Positions 28,871-38,903 of a DNA stretch of 64,000 nt are shown piece by piece. The stretch is from NCBI GenBank assembly GCA_902778105.1, contig CACYWN010000003.1, forward strand, positions 23,220 through 87,219, written 5' to 3'. The stretch's first letter is position 1. Each line of letters starts with the position of its first letter. The notes beneath the pieces were generated by a model, which saw nothing but the letters and a program-made list of their open reading frames with translations, was not told where the DNA came from and ran no database searches. The stretch comes from an uncultured Bacteroidia bacterium (GTDB lineage Bacteria; Bacteroidota; Bacteroidia; Bacteroidales; UBA932). The translations under genes and the position numbers were made by a program.

Positions 28871-29002
28871 GGGAGCGGGATGGGACATCCTGAAACCGTC
28901 GCTACGCGACCCCTCCCAAAGCCGTCTTGCGCCGTCTTCGGGCCCCTCCCTCTTATGCGGCCGAGGGTGGCCACAGGTTTCAGGATGTCCCATCCCGCTC
29001 CC
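28871..29002. mobile_element. MITE-like 132-bp element with perfect 27-bp inverted repeats
   Basis: GGGAGCGGGATGGGACATCCTGAAACC at 28871-28897 and its exact reverse complement at 28976-29002. Confidence 0.65.
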
Positions 29003-29017
29003 GAAAGCAGGTAGGAA

Positions 29018-29674
<657 letters not shown>

Positions 29675-29675
29675 G

Positions 29676-30263
29676 TTACTGCTCGCCGTCCTTGTTCTGG
29701 CCGGTCCAGTCGCGGAAGCGCTCTTTCATCTGTTCGCTGCGCTCCCTCCACTTCTCCTTCTGTTCCTCGCTCATCTGCAAGCTCGGGAAGTTGCCGTTTC
29801 CGAGGCGGCCGATCTGCTGGTGGCGGAATTTTTCCTCAGCCACATAGTAACGGGCGACCTTTTCGGCCGGCAGTGCCTTCAGCAGCTTGTTGAGGGCTTT
29901 GGTTTCGACGCCGTCGTTCTGGTCCTTGGCATCGACATAGGCTTTCACCAGCTTTTCCATGTCCTTGCCGGTCTTGCCTTCCTCAAGTCCTTTCGCCATT
30001 GCGTCGTAAGCCTGTCTCACGGCTTCAAAGGACTCGCGCTGTTCCTTCTGGATTTCGTTGTAGATGGGCCAGAAAACCTGGGCCTCGCTTTCGGTCAGGT
30101 CGATTTCCTCGGTCAGGAAGGCAACCTTTTCGGCCCGGACCCTTTCCCGCCAGCCGTTGTCGCGGCCCCGCTGGCCGTGTCCGCCGCGCTGGGGCTGCGT
30201 CTGGGCGAAGGCGCCTGCCGCCAGGATGGTCAGGGCGCACAGGATGCTAATAACCTTCTTCAT
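29676..30263 (-). CDS. Periplasmic helical protein (Spy/CpxP-like) of ECF operon
   Basis: Signal peptide. KVAFLT..IDLT..EAQ.FWPIYN motif. Confidence 0.65.
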   Translation of the reverse strand: MKKVISILCALTILAAGAFAQTQPQRGGHGQRGRDNGWRERVRAEKVAFLTEEIDLTESEAQVFWPIYNEIQKEQRESFEAVRQAYDAMAKGLEEGKTGKDMEKLVKAYVDAKDQNDGVETKALNKLLKALPAEKVARYYVAEEKFRHQQIGRLGNGNFPSLQMSEEQKEKWRERSEQMKERFRDWTGQNKDGEQ

Positions 30264-30636
30264 AGTTTACATAATTTAAATAATCAACGGTAATGCCGTC
30301 TGCAAGCAGGTAATTGACGATATCCTCTGCGTACGGGCCTTCCTCTTCCTCCCACGTGGCCTCGTCGACAAGGGCCGCTCCGTCCGGATCCAGGGCGGAG
30401 GCGAGATAGGAGAGGTAGGTCCATCCATCGTTCTCCTGCGGGACGGCCGTCTTGCGGAGGAGGGCGTTGCCGAGCGTCACGGCCAGGAGCATGCTGGCGG
30501 CGATGGCTGCATAGGGAGCCAGGCGCCGGACCGGGCTCACCCGGACCGGACGGGCCGGAATTCCGGAGAGCCGCTGCTGCAGCCCTTCGAAGTAGCCTTC
30601 CGGTGTGGAGATATCGTTCCTTTTGCTCATAGACAT
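30247..30636 (-). CDS. Putative anti-sigma-like single-TM protein
   Basis: PEGYFE.L motif followed by one TM (YAAIAAS..L). Directly follows the ECF sigma factor. Confidence 0.65.
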   Translation of the reverse strand: MSMSKRNDISTPEGYFEGLQQRLSGIPARPVRVSPVRRLAPYAAIAASMLLAVTLGNALLRKTAVPQENDGWTYLSYLASALDPDGAALVDEATWEEEEGPYAEDIVNYLLADGITVDYLNYVNYEEGY

Positions 30637-30665
30637 TGCCTTAGACACCAAGCCGGTTTGAAAGT

Positions 30666-31190
30666 TTAATCCGTTCCGTCAAAAAGGGTTTCCCCGCCCA
30701 GGGCGGTGCGCACCTTCTCCTGCGCGATATGGTAGGAAGCCTTGAGCGCACCCACGGAAGTGCCCAGCACTTCGGACATTTCCTCGTAGGGCATCTCGTC
30801 ATAATACCGGAGAACAAAGACCTGCCGCTGCTTCTCGGGGAGCCGCGCCACGGCCTTGGACAGTTTGCGCTCCGCCGCATCCCCGTTGAAGAACGGGTCG
30901 CTGTCAATGCGCCGCTCCATCTCCGCATCGATGGACGTGAACCGCAGCGCAGCCCGGACCTTTTCCCGCCGGAGCCAGTTCAGCGCCTCGTTCGTGGCAA
31001 TGCGCCAAACCCATGTGTATACCTGTGCCTCCCCGCGGAAGGCGGGAAGCGCCGTCCAGATTTTCAGGAAGATATCCTGCACCAGGTCGTCGGCGTCCTC
31101 GTGGGAATTCACGATCCGGCGGACGTGCCAGTACACACGCTCGCTATACTCCTTCACAATCTGGTTGAATACCTGTTCCGTCCCGTCCAT
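30666..31190 (-). CDS. ECF RNA polymerase sigma factor
   Basis: Region 2 (DADDLVQD.F.K.W...TW..RIATNEA) and region 4 (LPEKQR.VF.LRY...Y.E.S..LG.S.G..K). Exact start uncertain (31190-31211). Confidence 0.93.
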   Translation of the reverse strand: MDGTEQVFNQIVKEYSERVYWHVRRIVNSHEDADDLVQDIFLKIWTALPAFRGEAQVYTWVWRIATNEALNWLRREKVRAALRFTSIDAEMERRIDSDPFFNGDAAERKLSKAVARLPEKQRQVFVLRYYDEMPYEEMSEVLGTSVGALKASYHIAQEKVRTALGGETLFDGTD

Positions 31191-31242
31191 TGCGTTCCGA
31201 CTCACTGCCAAACACGTGCCATAAATACTCCTGATCTGATCC

Positions 31243-31719
31243 TTATCCGATGCAGGAGGCCGGCAGGCCGAAACTGTTCTTGACCTCGTTCATCACGAAC
31301 CAGCTCTGGATGGATCCGAGACTCTCGATGGTGCCCAGGGTGTTGATGATGAAATCATTGTAATACTGCATGTCGGGGGCGTAGATTTTCAGGAGATAGT
31401 CGAAGTCTCCGGAAATGTTGTAGCATTCCGCCACTTCGGGGATGTCCCGGACGCGGGACACGAAGTCGTGGGCGATGTCCTTGCCCATGCGGCGGAGCCG
31501 AACGCTGCAGAAGACGGTGAAGCCGCGTCCCAGGCGCGCGGGGCTCAGGACGGCTGTATAGCGCTGGATATAGCCGCCGGACTCCAGCCGGCGCATCCGC
31601 TCGAAGACGGGTGTAGGGGAGAGGTGGACCTTCAGGGCGAGGTCCTTGACGGTGATGCGGGCATTCTCCTGCAGGATGCGCAGGATGGCGATGTCGGTCT
31701 TGTCCAGGGATTCGGTCAT
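31243..31719 (-). CDS. Lrp/AsnC transcriptional regulator
   Basis: LDKTD..IL..LQ.NAR HTH and ECY.ISGDFDYLLK. Divergent from metY. Confidence 0.93.
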   Translation of the reverse strand: MTESLDKTDIAILRILQENARITVKDLALKVHLSPTPVFERMRRLESGGYIQRYTAVLSPARLGRGFTVFCSVRLRRMGKDIAHDFVSRVRDIPEVAECYNISGDFDYLLKIYAPDMQYYNDFIINTLGTIESLGSIQSWFVMNEVKNSFGLPASCIG

Positions 31720-31877
31720 GGTGGATTCTTCTGCTAAAGGGGGCGTCAAAGATGTCAGAATAACTGATTCTTCTACAAATATACTGATTTTTGGAGGATT
31801 CCTGCTAATTTTCGCGTTTTCTTGTTTGAAATGTCTGCGTGCTCTACCTTTGCAGACAGAAATAAAACGAACTGATC

Positions 31878-33164
31878 ATGAGCACGCACAAACTCCACTT
31901 CGAAACCCTTCAGCTCCATGTGGGGCAGGAGCATCCGGACCCGGCATCCGACGCCCGCGCCGTCCCCATCTACCTCACCTCCTCCTATGTTTTCCATAAT
32001 TCCGAGCATGCCGCCGCGCGCTTCGGCCTCACCGATCCCGGCAATATCTACAGCCGCCTGACGAACTCCACGCAGGACGTCCTGGAGCAGCGGATCGCCG
32101 CCCTGGAAGGAGGCGTGGGCGCCCTGGCCGTCGCTTCCGGCGCGGCCGCCGTCACATACGCCATCCTGAACATCACCCGCGCGGGGGACCATGTCGTATC
32201 GGCCAAGACCATCTATGGCGGCACGTATGACCTGCTCGAGCACACGCTGGTCCCCTACGGGGTGACGACCACCTTCGTGGACCCGTCCGACCTGTCGAAT
32301 TTCGAGAAGGCCATCCGGCCCGAGACCAAACTGATCTTCATCGAATCCTTCGGCAACCCGAATTCCAATCTCATCGACATCGAAGCCGTTGCGGAGATTG
32401 CCCATCGGCACCGGATCCCGCTGGTGATCGACAATACCTTCGCGACGCCCTTCCTGCTGCGGCCCATCGAATACGGTGCCGACATCGTCGTCCACTCCGC
32501 CACCAAGTTCATCGGCGGGCACGGAACGGCCATCGGCGGAGTCATCGTGGACTCCGGCAAGTTCGACTGGAAGGCCTCCGGCAAGTTCCCGCAGTTCACG
32601 GAGCCCGACTACAGCTACCACGGGATTGTCTTTGCCGACGCCGTCGGGCCGGCCGCCTACATTACCCGAGCCCGGGCCATCCTGCTCCGGGATACCGGTG
32701 CCACCCTTTCTCCGGTGAGTGCCTTCATCTTCCTGCAGGGCGTGGAAACCCTGTCCCTGCGGGTGGAGCGCCATGTCGCCAATGCCCTGAAGGTCGTGGA
32801 ATACCTGTCCCGGCACCCCAAGGTGGCGAAGGTCAACCATCCCTCGCTCCCCGGCCATCCCGACCATGCCCTTTACCAGCGGTATTTCCCGGACGGAGGC
32901 GGGTCCATCTTCACGTTCGAGATCAAGGGCGGAAAGGAGGAGGCCTACCGGTTCATCGACTCGCTGGAAATCTTTTCCCTCCTGGCCAACGTGGCCGACG
33001 TGAAGTCCCTTGTCATCCATCCCGCCACGACGACGCATTCCCAGCTCACGGAGGCCGAACTGGCGGACCAGGGTATCTTCCAGAGCACCATCCGCCTGTC
33101 CATCGGCACGGAGCATGTGGATGACCTGATTGCCGACCTGGACCAGGCCTTTGGGAAAATCTGA
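31878..33164 (+). CDS. metY: O-acetylhomoserine aminocarboxypropyltransferase (sulfhydrylase)
   Basis: Motifs IYSRLTN.T, IDNTFATP, HSATKFIGGHG (PLP Lys) and LANVAD.KSLVIHPA.TTH. Confidence 0.92.
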   Translation: MSTHKLHFETLQLHVGQEHPDPASDARAVPIYLTSSYVFHNSEHAAARFGLTDPGNIYSRLTNSTQDVLEQRIAALEGGVGALAVASGAAAVTYAILNITRAGDHVVSAKTIYGGTYDLLEHTLVPYGVTTTFVDPSDLSNFEKAIRPETKLIFIESFGNPNSNLIDIEAVAEIAHRHRIPLVIDNTFATPFLLRPIEYGADIVVHSATKFIGGHGTAIGGVIVDSGKFDWKASGKFPQFTEPDYSYHGIVFADAVGPAAYITRARAILLRDTGATLSPVSAFIFLQGVETLSLRVERHVANALKVVEYLSRHPKVAKVNHPSLPGHPDHALYQRYFPDGGGSIFTFEIKGGKEEAYRFIDSLEIFSLLANVADVKSLVIHPATTTHSQLTEAELADQGIFQSTIRLSIGTEHVDDLIADLDQAFGKI

Positions 33165-33240
33165 CGCCCAGGTGGTGGAACGGAAACGATTGCAAATCGC
33201 GGGGAAAGTCGTATCTTTGCCCGCGATTTTTTGGATGCCG

Positions 33241-34584
33241 ATGGATACGGGAAAACTGACCGGTCACCTCGCTGCGCTGGGGGCCTATACGATTTTCGGC
33301 CTGAACATCGTCTTCTGCAAGGACATTGCGAATTCGGAGGCCGTGTCGCCCGTGGTGCTTTTCACCTTCCGGGCGCTGGGGGCGTCGGCCCTGTTCTGGC
33401 TGCTGTCCCTCCTGATGCCCCGGGAGAAAGTGGAGAAGGGGGACCTGCCGAAGATCGCCCTCGCCGGGTTCTTCGGCCTGTTCCTGACGCAGATGGCCTT
33501 CCTCCTGGCCATCCCCATGGCAACCGCCATCGACACGGCCATCCTGAGCACGCTGGGACCGGTGTTCACGATGTTCTTCGCGTATATTTTCCTGAAAGAA
33601 CCCATCACGGGCAAGAAGGCGGGCGGCGTGGCCCTGAGCCTGGCCGGCGTCATCTTCCTGATCCTGAATTCGGTCCATGCCGGGGGCGCATCGACCAGCA
33701 AACCCCTGGGTATCATTCTTTTGCTGGTGAACAGCCTCACTTTCGCCCTGTATCTGGGGAAGTTCCGGCCGCTCATTGCCAAGTATAGCGTCGTGACCTT
33801 CATGAAGTGGGCATTCCTATTCTGCCTGCTGCTGGCCCTGCCGTTCTCGGCGAAAGGGCTCGTTGAGACGGACTATGCGGCCATTCCGGTGAATGTCCGC
33901 TGGGAGATCGGCTACCTGGTCTTCTTCGCCACTTTCGTGGCGTATTTCCTTATCCCCGTGGGCCAGAAACACTTACGTCCCACGCTGGTGAGCATGTATT
34001 CCTACCTGCAGCCCATCATCGCGGCCGTCGTGAGCATCTGGGCCGGCCTGGACACTTTCACCTGGCAGAAATGCCTCGCTACGGTGCTCATCGTGGGCGG
34101 CGTGATCCTCGTGAGTCGGAGCCGCGCGGCGGCGCAGGAGGCCCCTGATGCAAAGGGGAAAGCCGTTCCTGTGCCGGAAACTCCGCGAAAGCGCATCGAA
34201 GTCGTCGCGGCCATCATCCGCAAGGGGGACCGCATCTTCGCGACACAGCGGGGGTACGGCGACTGGAAGGACTGGTGGGAATTCCCCGGTGGGAAGATGG
34301 AGCCGGGGGAGAGCCGGGAGGAAGCCCTCGTACGGGAAATCCGGGAAGAACTCTCCGCCGACATCCGGATCGACTCTTTCCTCCGTACCGTGGAGTGGGA
34401 CTATCCCGCCTTCCACCTGACCCTTCACTGCTTTATGTGCTCGCTGGAAGGCGAGGCCCTGCACCTGAACGAGCATGAGGCCGCCCGCTGGCTGTCCGCT
34501 TCCGAACTCTCCTCCGTCCGCTGGCTTCCCGCCGACGAGGACCTCTTGCCGCTGATCGAAAGGGAGTTACAGTCGGGACTTTAA
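33241..34584 (+). CDS. EamA/DMT transporter fused to MutT-like NUDIX hydrolase
   Basis: About 10 TM EamA repeats, a linker, then the Nudix box GGKMEPGES.EEAL.REI.EEL in one open frame. Confidence 0.85.
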   Translation: MDTGKLTGHLAALGAYTIFGLNIVFCKDIANSEAVSPVVLFTFRALGASALFWLLSLLMPREKVEKGDLPKIALAGFFGLFLTQMAFLLAIPMATAIDTAILSTLGPVFTMFFAYIFLKEPITGKKAGGVALSLAGVIFLILNSVHAGGASTSKPLGIILLLVNSLTFALYLGKFRPLIAKYSVVTFMKWAFLFCLLLALPFSAKGLVETDYAAIPVNVRWEIGYLVFFATFVAYFLIPVGQKHLRPTLVSMYSYLQPIIAAVVSIWAGLDTFTWQKCLATVLIVGGVILVSRSRAAAQEAPDAKGKAVPVPETPRKRIEVVAAIIRKGDRIFATQRGYGDWKDWWEFPGGKMEPGESREEALVREIREELSADIRIDSFLRTVEWDYPAFHLTLHCFMCSLEGEALHLNEHEAARWLSASELSSVRWLPADEDLLPLIERELQSGL

Positions 34585-34596
34585 GACAAGATAGCG

Positions 34597-35259
34597 CTAT
34601 CCCTCCGCCCGCAGGTAACCGTGCCGGACCAGGTCCTCCCGGCAATGGATCGGGCTGGTATAGCCGTCGGCGATCACAAAAAGGTTGTCCGCCACAGAAG
34701 AGAGGGCGTCGTAGTTATGGTCCGTGACGATGATGCCATGATCTGCGCTCCGTTCCCGGATCAGTGCCTTGACTTCGTCGATGTTCACTGGATCGACCTG
34801 TGTGAACGGTTCGTCCAGGATGTAGAAAGGAGCGTCGCTCAGCAGCACCAGGTACAGTTCCGCCAGGCGGGCTTCCCCTCCGGAGAGTTCATGGATGGGA
34901 GAATCGTAGTGCCGGGAGAACTGGGGAGCACGGTTCACGAAGGTCCAGTAGTTTACGCCATAGAGGTCGAATGCCCGGTGCAGTTTCATCCCTTCGGGAA
35001 TCAGCCGGCCTTGGGGAAGATATTTGATGGAATAGCCGATCTTCCTGCGATCCACAGGTTCCCCGTCGATGCTTACCATGACATTCTCCACCTTCAATCC
35101 GCCCATGAGCGCCCGGAACATGCAGGATTTGCCGGCACCGTTGCGTCCCAGAAGACCGGTGACCATTCCTGTTTCGGAGGTGATGTACCCGCCGCTCAGG
35201 ACCGTCTTCTGACCGAAGCGGACCACCACGCTGTCCACGATGAGCCGATGCCTATCCAT
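34597..35259 (-). CDS. ABC transporter ATP-binding protein
   Basis: Motifs GRNGAGKS, LSGGE, LDEPF and TDH. Confidence 0.88.
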   Translation of the reverse strand: MDRHRLIVDSVVVRFGQKTVLSGGYITSETGMVTGLLGRNGAGKSCMFRALMGGLKVENVMVSIDGEPVDRRKIGYSIKYLPQGRLIPEGMKLHRAFDLYGVNYWTFVNRAPQFSRHYDSPIHELSGGEARLAELYLVLLSDAPFYILDEPFTQVDPVNIDEVKALIRERSADHGIIVTDHNYDALSSVADNLFVIADGYTSPIHCREDLVRHGYLRAEG

Positions 35260-35572
35260 AGATCAGATGCATGATGGCCATGAGGATGGTGAGTACCAAA
35301 AAGTCGATGACGATAACGCTGGCAAGCAGTTTTCTTCGTGAAAGTCCCAGATTGATGTAGAAGAAGATGGCATCCCGGTCGCTGAACTGCTTCATCAAGA
35401 ATAGCATGATGGCCGTGACTACAGTCTTTATGATGAAGGAATCCACCATAAACGTGTAGGAAAAACCACCGGACTGGAATCCGGCGCACACCAGGTTATA
35501 CACACCTCCTATCAGGAAAAGGCCTTTCCCATAGCGCCATGTCAGTGATATGCGGTCCCGGAGGGTCATCAT
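35252..35572 (-). CDS. Small 3-TM membrane protein, likely partner of the ABC ATPase
   Basis: Hydrophobic with FFY.NLGLS..KL. Its stop overlaps the ATPase start. Confidence 0.6.
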   Translation of the reverse strand: MMTLRDRISLTWRYGKGLFLIGGVYNLVCAGFQSGGFSYTFMVDSFIIKTVVTAIMLFLMKQFSDRDAIFFYINLGLSRRKLLASVIVIDFLVLTILMAIMHLIYG

Positions 35573-35730
35573 GCCGAAGTCAATCTTACAAAAAACATGC
35601 AAAAATATGGGACGGTGCAAGTCAGAGCCGGACTCATCTTCCGGCTCAAGGAATCAGTGCACCTGTTTCAAGATGAGGGAGAAAGGTGAAGAATGACACC
35701 GGCTTTTCCGGCAGGTGGTGGCGGACCTTT

Positions 35731-35885
35731 GGGGTTTGGTACGGATGGTTTTGCAATAGGCTGGATGTCAGGAACTTATGAGGTGGTTCGTGCCAAACCC
35801 TTCTGAAAAATACGGGGTTTGGTACCATGTGTTTTTTGATGCGTTGATTAAGAGGTGTTTACAAGGTGTTTGGTGCCAGGCTCCC
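35731..35885. repeat. 83-bp-register doublet (arms GGGGTTTGGTAC / GTGCCAAACCC)
   Basis: Arms at 35731/35814 and 35790/35873. Cores at 35761/35844. Confidence 0.75.
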
Positions 35886-35962
35886 TGGGTTGTCTACATT
35901 AGTTTGCCGGCATGTATTGGAGGGGGCTCTGATAAGTGCCTTGGCCATAGGCGGGCATTACT

Positions 35963-36112
35963 GGCCTGCGGGATGGTCCTTCGGAAGCGCCTGATTAATA
36001 GTTGCTTGCAAGACGGTCTTCCGCAGGCCCCTGGAATAATTCCGGGGGTTGCGGTGTGTGGTTTTACAACTGGCTGGCTATCAGTTTGTTGCCGTATCGT
36101 TTCCCGCAGGCC
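35963..36112. repeat. 83-bp-register doublet (arms GGCCTGCGG / CCGCAGGCC)
   Basis: Arms at 35963/36046 and 36021/36104. Cores at 35991/36074. Confidence 0.75.
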
Positions 36113-36196
36113 TTATGTGACTGTTCTTCGTAGGGGCCCCGCCGATAGTCCTGTGTGACCCGGAATCCCGGATAAATATGCTATCTTTGCAGCCCC

Positions 36197-37528
36197 ATGG
36201 AAATCGCGCTGCAGGGACATTACGGATACAGGCGGCTGGTGTGGTCGTCGGTGCCGAGCATCCTGATGATGCTCGTGGGGAGCATATACAGTGTGGTGGA
36301 CGGGTTGTTCGTGTCCAATTTCGTGGGGACGTCGGCCTTCGCGGCGCTCAATATCATCTGGCCGGCCGTGATGATCGTGGGGGCGCTGGGGCTGATGATC
36401 GGAACGGGCGGGGCGGCGCTGGTATCGCAGACGATGGGCCAGGGCGACTGTTACCGGGCCGATGTCATCTTCTCCATGCTCATCCGTTTCACCATCGTCC
36501 TCTCGCTGGTTTTCATGGTGCCGCTGCTCCTTTTCATGGAACCGCTGGCCAGGCTGCTGGGAGCGGAGGGAAATACAGTAAGACTCTGTGTGATCTATGG
36601 TTCCATCTGTACCCTCGGCCTTCCGGCCTTCATGCTGCAGATGTGTTTCCAGTCCTTTTACATGACGGCGGAACGGCCGCAGCTGGGGACGCTCATGTCC
36701 ATCGTCTGTGCGGTCACGAACATGGCCCTCGACGCCCTTTTCATCGTTGTCTTCCATTGGGGCCTCGCCGGGGCGGCGGCCGCGTCGATGCTGGCCTGCT
36801 GCGTGGGCGGCTTCTTCCCGCTGTGGTATTTTTCCAGCCGCCACAACCGCAGTTCGCTGCGGATGGTGCCCGGGAAGATGGAACGGGAGCCCCTCCTGCA
36901 GGCCTCCAGCAACGGGTTGTCCGAGTACGTGGGCAACATCTCTTTCAACGTCCTTGCCATCTGCTATAACCTCCAGCTCCTCAGGATGATGGGCGAGAAC
37001 GGGGTGGCGGCCTATTCGGTCCTCCTGTATTACGGCTACATTTTCGCCGCCGTTTTCTTCGGGTACAACATCACGGTGACGCCCATCATCGGCTACAATT
37101 ACGGAGCTGGTAATACGAAGGAACTGAGGAGTTTGCTGCGGCATTCCCTGATCCTGCTGCTGGTGCTCGGCGCCCTGATGACGCTGGTGTCGGAGGTGTC
37201 CGCCGGTCCGGCGGCGCGGCTGTTCGTGGGCTACGATCCGGAACTGTCGGCCCTGACCAAACACGCTATCCGGCTGTATATGATCAGCTTCTTCATCGCC
37301 GGGGTGAACCTGTTCATATCGGCCTGGTTCACGGGGCTCGGGAACGGGAAGGTGTCGGCGACCGTGTCTTTCATCCGGAATCTCGTGTTCGAACTGGGCT
37401 TCGTCTTCCTGCTTCCCGCCGTTCTGGGCGGCGACGGCATCTGGCTCGCCGTGGACGCGGCCGACCTTTGCTGTCTCATCCTCTGCGTCAGCCTCCTTGT
37501 GGCCTACCGCAAGCGGTACGGGTATTGA
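36197..37528 (+). CDS. MATE family efflux transporter
   Basis: Motifs PSILMM...SIYSVVDGLFVSNFVG..AFAA.N and PIIGYNYGA. About 12 TMs. Confidence 0.92.
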   Translation: MEIALQGHYGYRRLVWSSVPSILMMLVGSIYSVVDGLFVSNFVGTSAFAALNIIWPAVMIVGALGLMIGTGGAALVSQTMGQGDCYRADVIFSMLIRFTIVLSLVFMVPLLLFMEPLARLLGAEGNTVRLCVIYGSICTLGLPAFMLQMCFQSFYMTAERPQLGTLMSIVCAVTNMALDALFIVVFHWGLAGAAAASMLACCVGGFFPLWYFSSRHNRSSLRMVPGKMEREPLLQASSNGLSEYVGNISFNVLAICYNLQLLRMMGENGVAAYSVLLYYGYIFAAVFFGYNITVTPIIGYNYGAGNTKELRSLLRHSLILLLVLGALMTLVSEVSAGPAARLFVGYDPELSALTKHAIRLYMISFFIAGVNLFISAWFTGLGNGKVSATVSFIRNLVFELGFVFLLPAVLGGDGIWLAVDAADLCCLILCVSLLVAYRKRYGY

Positions 37529-37831
37529 TGGGAGGCGCGTCATTTCCGGCACTCCCTCCTGTCATCATTCCCTCTTGTCATCATTCCTGGCACTCCCTCC
37601 TGTGGTCATTTCCGGGCTGGTGTTGTAAATGGCTCTATATCAATGGCTTATAATTTAGCCCTTGCTTTTCCGTAACTGGGGAGGCAAGGATTTCCGTTTT
37701 GTATTCGTCTCGCGGAAACAGTTGAATCACAAACGAATATATACAAATAAAACCAATAATGCTATGAAAACAATTACGAGAATCCAGAATCGGAACTGAT
37801 TACGGTTCGGTTCGAAAAAGGCTTCCTTGAA

Positions 37832-37985
37832 CGACCGGGAGTCTCTCCCAATAAATGTGTAAAATAACCGTTTCTGCACATATTTCCGTCATTATTGTCG
37901 AAATATGTGCAGAATGCCCCAAATCACACATTTTTCCGACGTTTCGACTGAGAAATGTGCAAATCGGCCCTTTTTGTACAAATTC
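37832..37985. repeat. REP-like tail plus 50-bp-register TGTG/CACA palindromic array, copy 1
   Basis: AWATGTGY at 37853, 37903 and 37953. Inverse motif at 37876, 37926 and 37976. Preceded by CGACCGGGAGTC. Confidence 0.75.
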
Positions 37986-38299
37986 TCTCCGGCAACCCAT
38001 GGCTCCTTCCTTTCTTGTGAGCAAAATCGTCCGGCACCGACGGATTCAACCTGAATCTTATGTTCACGGAACCGGATACCTGGCCGTTTCGTGAGCTAAA
38101 TCGCGTTTCTTGCTTACAAAACAGGACCTTGGTCCGCTCGTCGGGCGCATGATTGCGTGTTTCTGTTATCTCCTTCGGACTACAGTCCCTCGTCGGACGC
38201 GTTTTCGTGTGTTTCTGTTACCTCCGCTAGACTGAAGTTCCTCGCCGGTAGCATTCCCGGCCATTTTTGCACCTGCCGGGAGGCTATCGTCTTGCGGGC

Positions 38300-38436
38300 G
38301 GCCGCATTTGCGGCAAAGCGGCCCCGTAGGGTATTCTGCATGCCGACGCGGCTAGGATAAAGGCCGAAAACCGGGATTTCACGGACGCGTCGGCAGTCGG
38401 AGAGCGTTGCATGGTGGATTTGCCGCAAATGCGGCC
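38300..38436. repeat. Nested inverted-repeat element (18-bp outer, 10-bp inner IR)
   Basis: GGCCGCATTTGCGGCAAA at 38300-38317 with its reverse complement at 38419-38436. TGCCGACGCG at 38341-38350 with its reverse complement at 38385-38394. Confidence 0.75.
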
Positions 38437-38461
38437 AGCGGAGGACAATATAGTCAGAGGA

Positions 38462-38522
38462 GGAGAGGTCGACAGAACGGCTGGGAGAGGTCGACAGAAC
38501 GGTTGGGAGAGGTCGACTGAAT
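38462..38522. repeat. 22-bp tandem repeat x~2.7
   Basis: GGAGAGGTCGACAGAACGGYTG repeated head to tail. Confidence 0.8.
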
Positions 38523-38574
38523 GCCTGCGGGAGGGAGACGGAACGGCAACAGGACGACGATGGAAACTTGCCGA

Positions 38575-38898
38575 TTGGTGATCGTTGTTCACTACGTCTA
38601 TGTATTTTCGTGAGACAGGAAACTCGATGTCATTGATTGAGACAGGAAACTCGATGTCGTCGACGTAACTCGGTGACATTGATTGAGACAGGAAACTCGA
38701 TGTCGTCGACATAGAGCAGTCCCCATTGACCCGGTTTATCGCGGTCTTGTTGGTCAGATAGGATCGAAGGATGTAGAGGAAGTGGGGGTTGAGGAGGGCT
38801 TCCCATCGGGATAGGAACGTTTTGTTCCGGAAGCGGCAGGCGCCGGTAGCGATGACAGGAGTGATGTCATCGTTGGATTCGACGTAGAGGATTCCCTC
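38575..38898 (-). pseudogene. Decayed 3' fragment of a LytTR-domain gene paralogous to 39178..39885
   Basis: Reads ILYVESNDDITPVIATG..RFRNKT.LSRWEALL.PHFL...RSYL. It then frameshifts and carries a triplicated DIEFPVS segment (GAGACAGGAAACTCGATGTC x3). Confidence 0.8.
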
Positions 38899-38903
38899 AA
38901 CGG

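Noticed and set aside
31720-31877. SAM or other riboswitch upstream of metY
   Set aside because: The gap is short, the promoter box (TACCTTTG near 31845) is close to the ATG, and no recognisable aptamer is present. The divergent Lrp explains regulation.
37832-38525. Periodic repeats as a CRISPR array
   Set aside because: There are no identical 23-47 bp repeats separated by unique spacers, only 2-3 degenerate units each, and no cas genes.
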